Assembly: GCA_003707115.1 (NCBI GenBank)
Contig: PPNB01000003.1
Coordinates: 1 to 64,000 of the forward strand
DNA: 64,000 nt
Source: Tortispora ganteri
Taxonomy: Eukaryota
Direction of reading: 5' to 3'
The position numbers were made by a program, and so were the translations under genes. Shown here in pieces: positions 10,393-19,328 of the stretch (position 1 is its first letter; every line of letters begins with the position of its first letter). The notes beneath the pieces are model-generated. The model did not search any database. It saw only the letters and a list, made by a program, of their open reading frames with translations, and was not told where the DNA came from.

Positions 10393-12517
10393 GAATATCA
10401 ATACACCGCTCTATCATTTTCCACATCTTTTCGTATCGAGCTGTAGTAATTGATTCCGCGTTCAAATCATTGTTTCCTCGTCGCTCAATTGATACTTCTT
10501 TCATCTCATGTTCTAATTTGAATCGCAGAACATCTTTCGTCGTAATCAAACCGAGAAGCGCATCGCACTCGTGTATTAGAATCACTCGCGGACCAACAGT
10601 CGCAAATATTCTGAAAATAACCTCTAAGTCGGTATTGCTGGATGCCTTAAGAGGTGATGTATCTATGATCTCCGAGAAGCGCATACCGTTGGATAACATT
10701 TTTTCGAGATCTTCCCGGCTGACAAATCCTTCTATATAATTGTCTCTAACCACCGGGAACCCTCTATATGGGTACTCATTCAGAATAGCTCTGACAGTTT
10801 CAGCGGTGGACTGGTAGTCTAGAGTGATCGGATCGCGCGTCATAGCTGATTTCACAGGCACATTAAAATATGGGTTTTCTTTGGCGTCAATAACCGGGAA
10901 CCCTGAGAAATATATCATTCTATCGGCAATTCCACCTTCTTCTGTGGGAAGTCCGCCTGATGAAAGCCAAGCACTCGTAGCCTTGGTTGCGCCGATAACG
11001 ATCATAGTAGGTACAATATATGAAACTGCACCTGTGAGTTCAAACATGACAACTACAACAGTGACAGTTATATGCATTATTCCAGATAATGCAGACGCAG
11101 CACCAAGGAAAGCATATGATCCTGGTGTTATGCAAACTTCCAAATTCCTGCAGCTTGCAAACAGCTTAGCATCGGGGAACTTCTCTTGCAGTATCTGAAC
11201 AATTATGCCAATCACACGGCCAAAGAGAGCACCAATAGCCATAGAAGGCACAAATATACCAGCGGGTACCTTGCATCCATATGAAACAATGACAAGAGCC
11301 GTCCTTATGAAGGTTGCAGTCAGAAGACTCGTTATAATCCACCCTCTTTTGTTGGCATCGCAAATGTGATCGTAATGATCCACGATGTCGTTGCACTGCC
11401 TAAACAAAATTTCCATTGATTCTGTCATATCTATGCGCAAAAACGAGTTGAAGTAGCATATTAATGCTGTGATGAAAGATAAAACCATTGCTTCTTGTAT
11501 AGCGTAGTTTGCGAGGTACTTCTTTCTGAACCCCTGAATGAACAAATTCCATTTGATTACAAAACCGCCATACAAGCCACCCAAAACTCCTATTATGACA
11601 AAAAATAACAGCTCAAAAAACTGCCATGTGTGTTGGTATCTGACCGAAAACATGACTAATTGGCCTGTACGGAAAGGGTTGACGGCTGCAAGTGTCCATG
11701 TAGCAATGAGAGCACAGAAGTAGGATCTCCATATAGTTCTCAAATGAAAACTAGCAGACATTTCTTCTAGAGAAAACAGAACGCCTCCAATGGGACTTCC
11801 AAAGGCAACGGCTACACCTGCGGCAGAACCAGCAATGAGCATTTCCGTTGACCTGTGGTTCGACGTTCTGTATTTATAGAAAAACTGAGCAATGACGTTA
11901 GCTGCACAGACCGCATAGTGTACTGAAGGTCCTTCTTTACCTACAGATAAACCAGAAGCAATTGCTAGTGGCAAACCTATGGATTTGATAGCCAAAGTGA
12001 CTGGGCCTAAGAAGTCTTTGAGCAAGAATCCTGATATGATACATTTTATTTCAGATATACCAGAACCGGCTGCTGTTTTTGAATAAACTTTGACTAAATA
12101 AGCTGCTGTCCATGCAAAAATAACTGAAAGAATAACAAAAACAACGTATTTAATAAGGAAGAAAGGTGTCCAAGTATGCCAATCGTTGCAAGATTCAAGG
12201 CCCAACCCCCAACAACAGAAAGTCTTATTCAAATAAAACCCGCGCGAGCAGTAACCGACTTTAATATCTGACAACCAGGACGTCACAATGTTCAATGTAC
12301 CAGCGATCAATCCAATAGTCATACCTACGAGTGTTAGCACGATCCAGGTTTGACACGACTTGTACGCGGACAATAGCAGGGTGGCATACTTTGTACGTCC
12401 AAAAGCTCTAGTGAATAATGGAATGTATGATTTCCTTCGTACATAATCGCTAACCATATCGCGAATTCGATCGACTGTGCGGAATTCATCGTATCTCTGC
12501 GTTTCTTTGATGACCAT
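10361..12517 (-). CDS. GEF1: CLC-family chloride/proton exchanger
   Basis: GSGISEIK, GKEGP (gating Glu), FSLEE, GIFVPSM and FELTG motifs, with C-terminal CBS domains. Confidence 0.92.
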   Translation of the reverse strand: MVIKETQRYDEFRTVDRIRDMVSDYVRRKSYIPLFTRAFGRTKYATLLLSAYKSCQTWIVLTLVGMTIGLIAGTLNIVTSWLSDIKVGYCSRGFYLNKTFCCWGLGLESCNDWHTWTPFFLIKYVVFVILSVIFAWTAAYLVKVYSKTAAGSGISEIKCIISGFLLKDFLGPVTLAIKSIGLPLAIASGLSVGKEGPSVHYAVCAANVIAQFFYKYRTSNHRSTEMLIAGSAAGVAVAFGSPIGGVLFSLEEMSASFHLRTIWRSYFCALIATWTLAAVNPFRTGQLVMFSVRYQHTWQFFELLFFVIIGVLGGLYGGFVIKWNLFIQGFRKKYLANYAIQEAMVLSFITALICYFNSFLRIDMTESMEILFRQCNDIVDHYDHICDANKRGWIITSLLTATFIRTALVIVSYGCKVPAGIFVPSMAIGALFGRVIGIIVQILQEKFPDAKLFASCRNLEVCITPGSYAFLGAASALSGIMHITVTVVVVMFELTGAVSYIVPTMIVIGATKATSAWLSSGGLPTEEGGIADRMIYFSGFPVIDAKENPYFNVPVKSAMTRDPITLDYQSTAETVRAILNEYPYRGFPVVRDNYIEGFVSREDLEKMLSNGMRFSEIIDTSPLKASSNTDLEVIFRIFATVGPRVILIHECDALLGLITTKDVLRFKLEHEMKEVSIERRGNNDLNAESITTARYEKMWKMIERCIDIPKTCFGSNRG

Positions 12518-12750
12518 AATGGCAAAAAATATACATGCAAGAAAGTAAACGTAAGGTGTATGTGGGTGTAATATTAATAAAAACCTTCTACCTCTATAGA
12601 ACGTTATTATTGGACAAAATAATCACAGTTGTAACTGTCATATAATCTTGTGAGCCAAACTCTTCTTTTACGTGTACACTTTACTTTCTAGACGCCATCA
12701 CGTCATACTAATCCCGCCTCGCTCCTTCTTTATTTTCGCGTATTTTACAA

Positions 12751-13782
12751 ATGGAACATCAGCCGTCGCGTATAGATCATACAGGATCGCAAGAGAACGC
12801 GCCCATCCCGCCGTCGGAACAACAACAGGTCATGCACCACAACTTACATCCTCATCCACACCAACATCCACACCAGCATCCGCATGCTCAGCAGCTCGGT
12901 CATATACCTCCAATGATGGCACCTGGCCACCCTAATATGGTATATAGCTACGATCATCTGTCAGTACCGCCTCCGGGTGCTTATCCGGCGTATGGTATGC
13001 CTCAGTATGGGTACATTCACCCTGGAATGCCGATGCCTGGCCCACCCATGGGCCACTTTGTACCAGTACCGGGACCAGCGCCTATGATGCACCCAATGCA
13101 ACACATGTCACAGGATAACGAGATAGAAATGAATCAAGCCGTTTACCAGCCGCCTGCACCAGCTCCAGCTCCTGTGACGGCGCCTTCTCCGCCTCCGGCC
13201 ATAAAGTCTACAGAATCCACAAAAATCGAGCAAGCACCAACACCTACGCCGGCAGCTGATACTGTAGCACACGTTACCTCTCCGTCATCGCGTCGACGAC
13301 GACAATCACCGGCGTCTAAGCAGCGTAAAAAGAAAGAAAGCGAATCATTTAACTTGGAAAAGCTATTGAACGGGCGCAATATTGAAAGTTACGACAAAGA
13401 AGAACTGGAGAAGTTAGCCAAGCTCGATTTGCCCGTCTCCAGAGTTAGAAAAGTTCTGCGAATTGACCCTGACTCGGTATTGTACAGTAAAGATGCGACA
13501 TTTGCCATTGCAGCGGCGACTGAGCATTTCCTGAGCTACATAGGGACTAAAAGCGTGGAGCTGAGTCGACTGGACCGGCGGTCCGGAATACAGTACAAAG
13601 ATGTAGCCAATGCCGTGGAGAAGTACGATGCGTTAGGGTTTCTCGAAGATCTGATACCAAAGACCGTGTCTGTATCTGCTGCACGGAAAATGAAGCCTAA
13701 AGGATCAACAGAGTCCAGCGAAGCGAACGAAACGGTGTCGGACGGCCCCGAGAAGACACAGCCGAGTGCCGAAGCAGAGTAA
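12751..13782 (+). CDS. Histone-fold protein, Dpb3/Dls1 (POLE4/CHRAC15)-like, with long low-complexity N-terminus
   Basis: C-terminal LPVSRVRKVLRIDPD...SKDATFAIAAATEHF...IQYKDVANAVEKYDALGFLEDLIP is an H2A-like NF-YC/Dpb3 fold. Confidence 0.75.
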   Translation: MEHQPSRIDHTGSQENAPIPPSEQQQVMHHNLHPHPHQHPHQHPHAQQLGHIPPMMAPGHPNMVYSYDHLSVPPPGAYPAYGMPQYGYIHPGMPMPGPPMGHFVPVPGPAPMMHPMQHMSQDNEIEMNQAVYQPPAPAPAPVTAPSPPPAIKSTESTKIEQAPTPTPAADTVAHVTSPSSRRRRQSPASKQRKKKESESFNLEKLLNGRNIESYDKEELEKLAKLDLPVSRVRKVLRIDPDSVLYSKDATFAIAAATEHFLSYIGTKSVELSRLDRRSGIQYKDVANAVEKYDALGFLEDLIPKTVSVSAARKMKPKGSTESSEANETVSDGPEKTQPSAEAE

Positions 13783-13947
13783 CCGCGTTAAGAAACTGCG
13801 ATTTGGTAGTTAGAGGAGCGCGAGACATAAATTATGGGACGACTACGGTAAATAAATAAAGAGCAATACGTTTGTTTTCAGTAAACATTTCATATACTGT
13901 ATATCTGGAGGTACTTGTTAGGGTTTAGTAACCCTATATTTTCTTGG

Positions 13948-14012
13948 CCAATAGGAAGAAGTGTGAAAAAGGCGAGCAACTAGTAAAAGTTGGACTGATT
14001 CTCCCGACCAAT
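13948..14012 (+). promoter_or_regulatory. Two CCAAT boxes upstream of RIP1 (candidate Hap2/3/5 sites)
   Basis: CCAAT at 13948-13952 and 14008-14012 (ACCAATCA context), upstream of a respiratory-chain gene. Confidence 0.45.
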
Positions 14013-14062
14013 CACTAGTGTTACGACAACTCAACGAAAACGAATAATTTTTAGAAGGAAAG

Positions 14063-14731
14063 ATGCTTTCACGTAGCGGAGTTGTTTTGCCGCGCATTGC
14101 AAAGAATGCTGGGCGAGTTAGCAGCGTCTGTGGATTGCGTATGAAGTCTACGAGTAGCACAGTAGAGGAAGGATACGATACCTACAAAGTACCGGACTTC
14201 TCTAAGTATCTGCGTCCTAACAAAGGTAATGACAAGTCCCGGGTGTACTCATATTTTATGGTCGGAACGCTGGGATTCCTTGGAGCGACTTCTGCGAAGA
14301 GCACAGTGCAGGACTTTTTGTACACAATGAGCGCATCTGCGGATGTTTTGGCTATGGCGAAAGTGGAAGTAGATCTCGCTAAGATTCCGTTAGGCAAGAA
14401 TTTGGTTGTGAAATGGAGAGGAAAACCAATTTTTGTTAGACACCGCACTCAGAAAGAGATTGATGAAGCTAACAGTGTAGATCTTTCTGCACTGCGTGAC
14501 CCTGAAGAGGATTCGGCTAGAGTTAAAGATCCCGAGTGGCTAGTTATGCTTGGTGTCTGCACACATCTTGGATGCGTTCCCATCGGTGAGTCTGGAGACT
14601 ATGGTGGATGGTTCTGTCCTTGCCATGGATCTCATTACGACATTTCTGGACGCATTAGAAAGGGACCCGCCCCTCTCAACCTCGAGATTCCTGAGTACTC
14701 CCTCGACGATGGCAAGCTGGTTGTAGGATAA
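14063..14731 (+). CDS. RIP1: Rieske iron-sulfur subunit of cytochrome bc1
   Basis: CTHLGC and CPCHGSHY 2Fe-2S boxes, MSASADVLAMA hinge and mitochondrial presequence. Confidence 0.98.
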   Translation: MLSRSGVVLPRIAKNAGRVSSVCGLRMKSTSSTVEEGYDTYKVPDFSKYLRPNKGNDKSRVYSYFMVGTLGFLGATSAKSTVQDFLYTMSASADVLAMAKVEVDLAKIPLGKNLVVKWRGKPIFVRHRTQKEIDEANSVDLSALRDPEEDSARVKDPEWLVMLGVCTHLGCVPIGESGDYGGWFCPCHGSHYDISGRIRKGPAPLNLEIPEYSLDDGKLVVG

Positions 14732-15042
14732 GCTTCTATATCCGCAGCTGTCACGACTGCCGATAATAAGTTATTGCTGTGCATTCAATCGTGTTTATAA
14801 ATGCGCGTGGAAGCATTCAGGCGACTAATGCGTATAATCGATTTAAACGCCTGAGACGATATCGCTACTGCACACGTACTTTACTATCTATAACATATAC
14901 TCAGCGTAGCGCCGTAAATATATGAAATTTGTAGAAAAAGGCACAAAATCGGTAATAGAAGTATAACAATATCGGCTGCAATGCATTGATATCGCTGATA
15001 TATTGCTATATTTTGCTAATCTCAACTTAACTTTTGACGTCA

Positions 15043-15474
15043 ATGATCGAGGTCCAGTGTAACGACCGGTAAGTACATTTTGCAAACGCATATTCGCTGA
15101 ACTAACAATAGTCTTGGAAAACGTATCAAGGTAAAGGTAAGTGGTTGCAATAATAAGTATGCTGATGTTACTAAAACTGACACTAACTGCTAGTGTCTGG
15201 AAGATGATACTATTGGAGACTTCAAGAAGCTGGTAGCGGCGCAGATAGGTACTGCTCCAGATAAGATTGGTAAGTATAATTGAGAATAGAGTGAAATTTT
15301 GTGCTAACTTACAGTTTTAAAAAAAGGGTAAGTATTTCGATGTGAAAAGATTGAAATTGTTGATCGTTTTATTGATTATCGCTAACAAACAGTTACACTA
15401 CATTCAAGGATCACATCACGTTGTCAGATTATGAGATTCACAACGGATCCAATTTAGAATTGTATTATGTATAA
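15043..15474 (+). CDS. HUB1: Ubiquitin-like splicing modulator Hub1/UBL5; five exons (15043-15068, 15112-15136, 15194-15269, 15315-15327, 15393-15474)
   Basis: Missed by the ORF track. Removing four GTAAGT...CTAAC...YAG introns (43, 57, 45, 65 nt) gives 222 nt = 73 aa + stop: [73 protein letters not shown], with D22, H63 and the C-terminal YY. Confidence 0.97.
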
Positions 15475-15598
15475 TGTATGCATGTATATATGTATATATG
15501 TATATATACCTATGTATTTATTTGTTATTGAATTTGCCTCTTGTATACCTACATTTAGCGGTCAAACAAACCTCCCATTGACCACTGCACTGTCAACA

Positions 15599-16009
15599 AT
15601 GGACTTCATTGCGCAATTAGACCCGGAACTGGTGTTCAAATCAGTAAACCTCACTAGTGCGATCTTAATGATCTTAGGTGGAGTTTCACAGTTCTTCCCT
15701 ATCTCTTTTCAAAGCACTGTGATTGCTGTATACGTCATCATATTCGGTTTGGTGATTGGCCTCTTAGAGTTTCAGATCCCTCCAGCTGCGCCTGTTTATG
15801 CTTCTTTCCTGTTTTCGTTCATCGGTAGAGGCGTCTTTTATATTTTTGTCGGCTCAATTCTGCTTCACTCTCACGTCTTGAGAATCCTCGCCGGCAGCGT
15901 TATAATAGCTATCGGCATCGCCTATGTTGCTCTGGAGTTCATACCCTCTGTCGATTTACCCCACAACATGCGCGTCAATGACTACCAGCAACAGAACGAC
16001 ACAATCTAG
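15599..16009 (+). CDS. TVP15: Golgi membrane protein Tvp15 (COPI-associated family)
   Basis: Four hydrophobic segments, LLEF, YASFLFSFIGRGVFYIFVG and LEFIPSVDLPHNMR. ATG 15599 is preferred; the ORF-track extension overlaps the HUB1 stop and a TA-rich tract. Confidence 0.88.
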   Translation: MDFIAQLDPELVFKSVNLTSAILMILGGVSQFFPISFQSTVIAVYVIIFGLVIGLLEFQIPPAAPVYASFLFSFIGRGVFYIFVGSILLHSHVLRILAGSVIIAIGIAYVALEFIPSVDLPHNMRVNDYQQQNDTI

Positions 16010-16231
16010 CCCGCCAATCTGCTCTGTCTACAGCTATACATATTTATTTTCCGTTTTTTTTGTCCCTCTTTTACTGCACAAGTGCCGCCGGTTTGATCAC
16101 ATACATCCCATAAGGCGCCCTTCCTCCCTAACTTACCTGCCCGTTGCTCTCCTCCTCCCAATTCACACCCCCCTAACCGTATGTATACACTTGCACCTCC
16201 AGCACCCAGCTCTCACCACCACAAACACTAA

Positions 16232-17602
16232 ATGACTTCTGTAGTCTTAAAAGCCAACCAAGAATGGCGTTTTGAAACTCAAATCCAACCTCAGGATGTT
16301 GTTTCGATCAAACTTCTTTCTGGAACAGCCGAAATTTTCGGCTCTGAACTCGCACAGGATGCCACATACACTTTCTCCGTTGCTAAACTTGCCTTGTTCA
16401 CATACACCGGCTGCGAATTCCAATGGACAGGCTCCCCTGCCTCAGAATATATCGGAGAAGAGACACCAGTACCGATTTATTTAAATTTACATTTATCGCT
16501 TGAAAAAATGAGACTCTCAAAGGGTCCTACTGTATTGATCACCGGTCCAAAAGACACAGGCAAAACTTCGCTTGCAAAGACTTTGACCGCCTATATTGTG
16601 AAACGCATGGGCACTAATCCTGGACCAATCGCTGTAAATTTAGACCCTGCTGCTGGATTTGTATCTGTACTGCCTGGAGCGGTCTCGGCTGCTCACATCA
16701 ATGGCCTTCTTGATCCGCAATCTGCTTCTGGCTGGGGCGATGCTAATGAAACCGGCCTGGCTGCTACACATATTCCTACACGTGCGCCGCTGTCATACTA
16801 CTACGGTCACGATTCTGTTAAGGCAAATCCGGCTTGTTATGAAAATGCAATTACTAAGCTTTCCGAGTCAGTCAACGAAAAATCAAAGTCCCTGCCCGCT
16901 GGCGTCATAATAGACACCCCTCACGTCAAGCACGGTGACTATGAAATGACAGAAACTATCGTCAAGCTGTTTAATGTTGACGTGATAGTCGTTATTGGTC
17001 ATGAGAGAATATACAGCGATTTGAGAAAACGATTCGCCGACAAGTTCCCGTCGGCTTCAGTAGTTAGAGTCCCAGAATCTGGTGGAGTGGTTGACCGCGA
17101 GGACTCGTATATCCGCGCAGTGCAACAAAAGCAGATTAGAGAGTACTTCTACGGGTCTCCAACTGCATCACACGTGCTTAATCCTTTCTCGACGTCACTG
17201 GATCTCGGCAAAAAGATCATATACCGTGTCTTGGAGGTAGAAAAGACCAAGTTTGTGCAGTCGTCAGTGCTACCAATTGGCGTAGGTGATGATGACGACG
17301 ACGGGTTTGGTGAAGAACTTAATGACAGTAATGAAAACAAAGATGGCAGTGATAAGGTGGCTGCTCTTTCGGGGCTAGTAGAAGCAATAGAAGATCCGTC
17401 TGTGCTGCAGAACAGTGTTTTGGCGCTGATTCAAAAGGAATCGGTTGAGCAACCGGGTGAGAGTTTAAATTACCCGATTATGGGATTTATGCATGTTTCT
17501 GAAGTTGATGAAGGTGAAAAAAGAGCTAAAGTGCTCATTCCTATTCGAGGACAGATCCCACCGGGTATTCTTCTAGCGGGATCATATACATATCTTGAGT
17601 GA
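16232..17602 (+). CDS. CLP1: mRNA cleavage/polyadenylation factor Clp1
   Basis: EWRFE, GTAEIFGSELA, Walker A GPKDTGKTS, NLDP, GVIIDTP, GGVVDR and IREYFYG. Confidence 0.93.
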   Translation: MTSVVLKANQEWRFETQIQPQDVVSIKLLSGTAEIFGSELAQDATYTFSVAKLALFTYTGCEFQWTGSPASEYIGEETPVPIYLNLHLSLEKMRLSKGPTVLITGPKDTGKTSLAKTLTAYIVKRMGTNPGPIAVNLDPAAGFVSVLPGAVSAAHINGLLDPQSASGWGDANETGLAATHIPTRAPLSYYYGHDSVKANPACYENAITKLSESVNEKSKSLPAGVIIDTPHVKHGDYEMTETIVKLFNVDVIVVIGHERIYSDLRKRFADKFPSASVVRVPESGGVVDREDSYIRAVQQKQIREYFYGSPTASHVLNPFSTSLDLGKKIIYRVLEVEKTKFVQSSVLPIGVGDDDDDGFGEELNDSNENKDGSDKVAALSGLVEAIEDPSVLQNSVLALIQKESVEQPGESLNYPIMGFMHVSEVDEGEKRAKVLIPIRGQIPPGILLAGSYTYLE

Positions 17603-17619
17603 TCGTTGCCTAAAGAGTC

Positions 17620-18564
17620 TTAGACGAAGTAGTCCGGGAGTATAGAATCGCCGTTCATGTTATAATGATCGTTAGTTTCTTGTATTTTAGCATTCTCGGG
17701 AGCTGCGTCGAACACGTTAAAGAATTGAGAGCCAGTGTCGCTGACTTCAAGGACTGAGGCCATATTGCCGCATCTATAACAATAGTTCGGAGCACTCCAG
17801 ACAGTTGACACGATACCGCCAAATAGTTGCTGGTATCCATTCTGACACAACTGATGAGCGCGCAAGATCGATTGGACGTTGTTCACATCAAGAAAACGCT
17901 CTGCGACTCGCTTGCCAAAAGTGTAGCCTGCACCTCTTGGCGATACGGCGAAGTCATTGTTCGAGGGGCTCGGATCTGACCAGACAAGGTCGGCCATAGG
18001 TCCCTCGTGCGGTATCTCTCGAAACCTGTCTATGAGTTTAATCTGATCTAAGTGGACAAGGCTTGGTGAGAGTCCGCCATGAACGCAAAATATGGTGTTG
18101 TCAATCACCGCCGAGAGCGTCATATAGTCGAACATATCAGTGAACGATTTCCAAACATTTGCGGAACCGTATTTGCGCACACATTCAGTATAGAACCCAT
18201 ATGACTGTGTAATACCCCTACTCTCATGATTTCCACGAATCAGATGCACTCGTCGCGGGTACCGTATCTTCATCAGACAAAGTAATGTGATTGTTTCGAC
18301 CGAGAAGTAACCCCTATCAACATAATCTCCGAGAAATAGGTAATTCGTATCTGGGCATTGGCCTGCAATTCTAAATATTTCAATTAAGTCGTAGAATTGT
18401 CCATGGACATCTCCTACTACTGCCACAGGCGCAGCTAGTTGGATCACATTTAACTCTTCTACGAGCAATTCCTTCACTTTCGTGCATATCGCTACCACAA
18501 CCGTTTCGTCCAGCAATTCTGTTTTGATCACGTGCTCTATACATTTATCGATATTCAATACCAT
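17620..18564 (-). CDS. PPG1: PP2A-related Ser/Thr phosphatase catalytic subunit, Ppg1 type
   Basis: GDVHG, GDYVDRG, RGNHE and SAPNYCYRCGN; ITQSYGFYTEC and DRFREIPHEGPMADLVWSDP favour Ppg1 over Pph3/Sit4. Confidence 0.85.
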   Translation of the reverse strand: MVLNIDKCIEHVIKTELLDETVVVAICTKVKELLVEELNVIQLAAPVAVVGDVHGQFYDLIEIFRIAGQCPDTNYLFLGDYVDRGYFSVETITLLCLMKIRYPRRVHLIRGNHESRGITQSYGFYTECVRKYGSANVWKSFTDMFDYMTLSAVIDNTIFCVHGGLSPSLVHLDQIKLIDRFREIPHEGPMADLVWSDPSPSNNDFAVSPRGAGYTFGKRVAERFLDVNNVQSILRAHQLCQNGYQQLFGGIVSTVWSAPNYCYRCGNMASVLEVSDTGSQFFNVFDAAPENAKIQETNDHYNMNGDSILPDYFV

Positions 18565-18665
18565 CCTTCCTGGTACTGCTGGACCTCTTTTCTATTCAGC
18601 TGTGCGGTGAGGTTGTCGTCAAGTAGAGTTCGCGCCCCTAACCTACCTTTTGACCTTCACAAAAA

Positions 18666-19277
18666 ATGTCGACAGCTGATAAAAGGACCGCCTCAGCTGA
18701 TCCTCCTAAGGCCTTTGCGCCACTAGGATATCCTATTCCTGTTCCTACCACTAAAATATATCCTGAACAGTTTCACAATGACGACTATCTGCCCACATTC
18801 CCTGAACGCGCCCCTGTCCTTCTGCGTGTACCTCTCGCTGCTACCTTTATTGACACAGAGAACCTTCGTCCCACCGATGCCGCCAATGTCCAGGCTCCTT
18901 CTCTATCCACTGACTTTGGCATCATGCTATCTACTAAACACAGCCTGCGATCTATACCGATACGTTTGAGCGGCAAAGTGGTATCTTCAATCGACGACAA
19001 TGACACCATTCTCAGTCCCTCTGTCAAAAAACGGCCCACCACTTCAAACCCCATCCAGCAGCCCCCGCCACAAATGGCTGCAGATCTCAGCTCATCCTCG
19101 TCATCTGATAATATCCCCAGCTCGCTTTCTGACCTTCCATCCTCCGCCCCGGAACCTTCCTCTGATCAGGACACACTCTCCAGTGCTCATCCTGCAGAAC
19201 CCCCGTCGAAAAAGAAGAAACAAGAGCTATCTACTAAGTTTACGCCTAAACGCAAAACTAAGCGTTCTACGAAATAG
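18666..19277 (+). CDS. Hypothetical protein with Ser/Pro-rich, Lys-rich tail; possibly a divergent RNA polymerase I A34.5-like subunit
   Basis: 203-aa ATG ORF filling the gap between PPG1 and APL6; short folded-looking N-half (VLLRVP...ID..NL) and basic NLS-like tail (PSKKKK, PKRKTKR). The family guess is weak. Confidence 0.55.
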   Translation: MSTADKRTASADPPKAFAPLGYPIPVPTTKIYPEQFHNDDYLPTFPERAPVLLRVPLAATFIDTENLRPTDAANVQAPSLSTDFGIMLSTKHSLRSIPIRLSGKVVSSIDDNDTILSPSVKKRPTTSNPIQQPPPQMAADLSSSSSSDNIPSSLSDLPSSAPEPSSDQDTLSSAHPAEPPSKKKKQELSTKFTPKRKTKRSTK

Positions 19278-19328
19278 ATTGTCTATAATGCATTTTGTCG
19301 TTAGATTATTTTCATTAAAGGTTCATAT

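Noticed and set aside
14063..15474. Alternative yeast genetic code (CUG = Ser/Ala)
   Set aside because: CTG falls at conserved Leu positions, for example Hub1 KKL and Rip1 KLVVG, supporting the standard code.
15467..15598. 44-codon N-terminal extension of TVP15 in the ORF track
   Set aside because: It overlaps the HUB1 stop codon and runs through a TATG/TATA tract that looks like HUB1's 3'-end signal; family-like sequence starts at ATG 15599.
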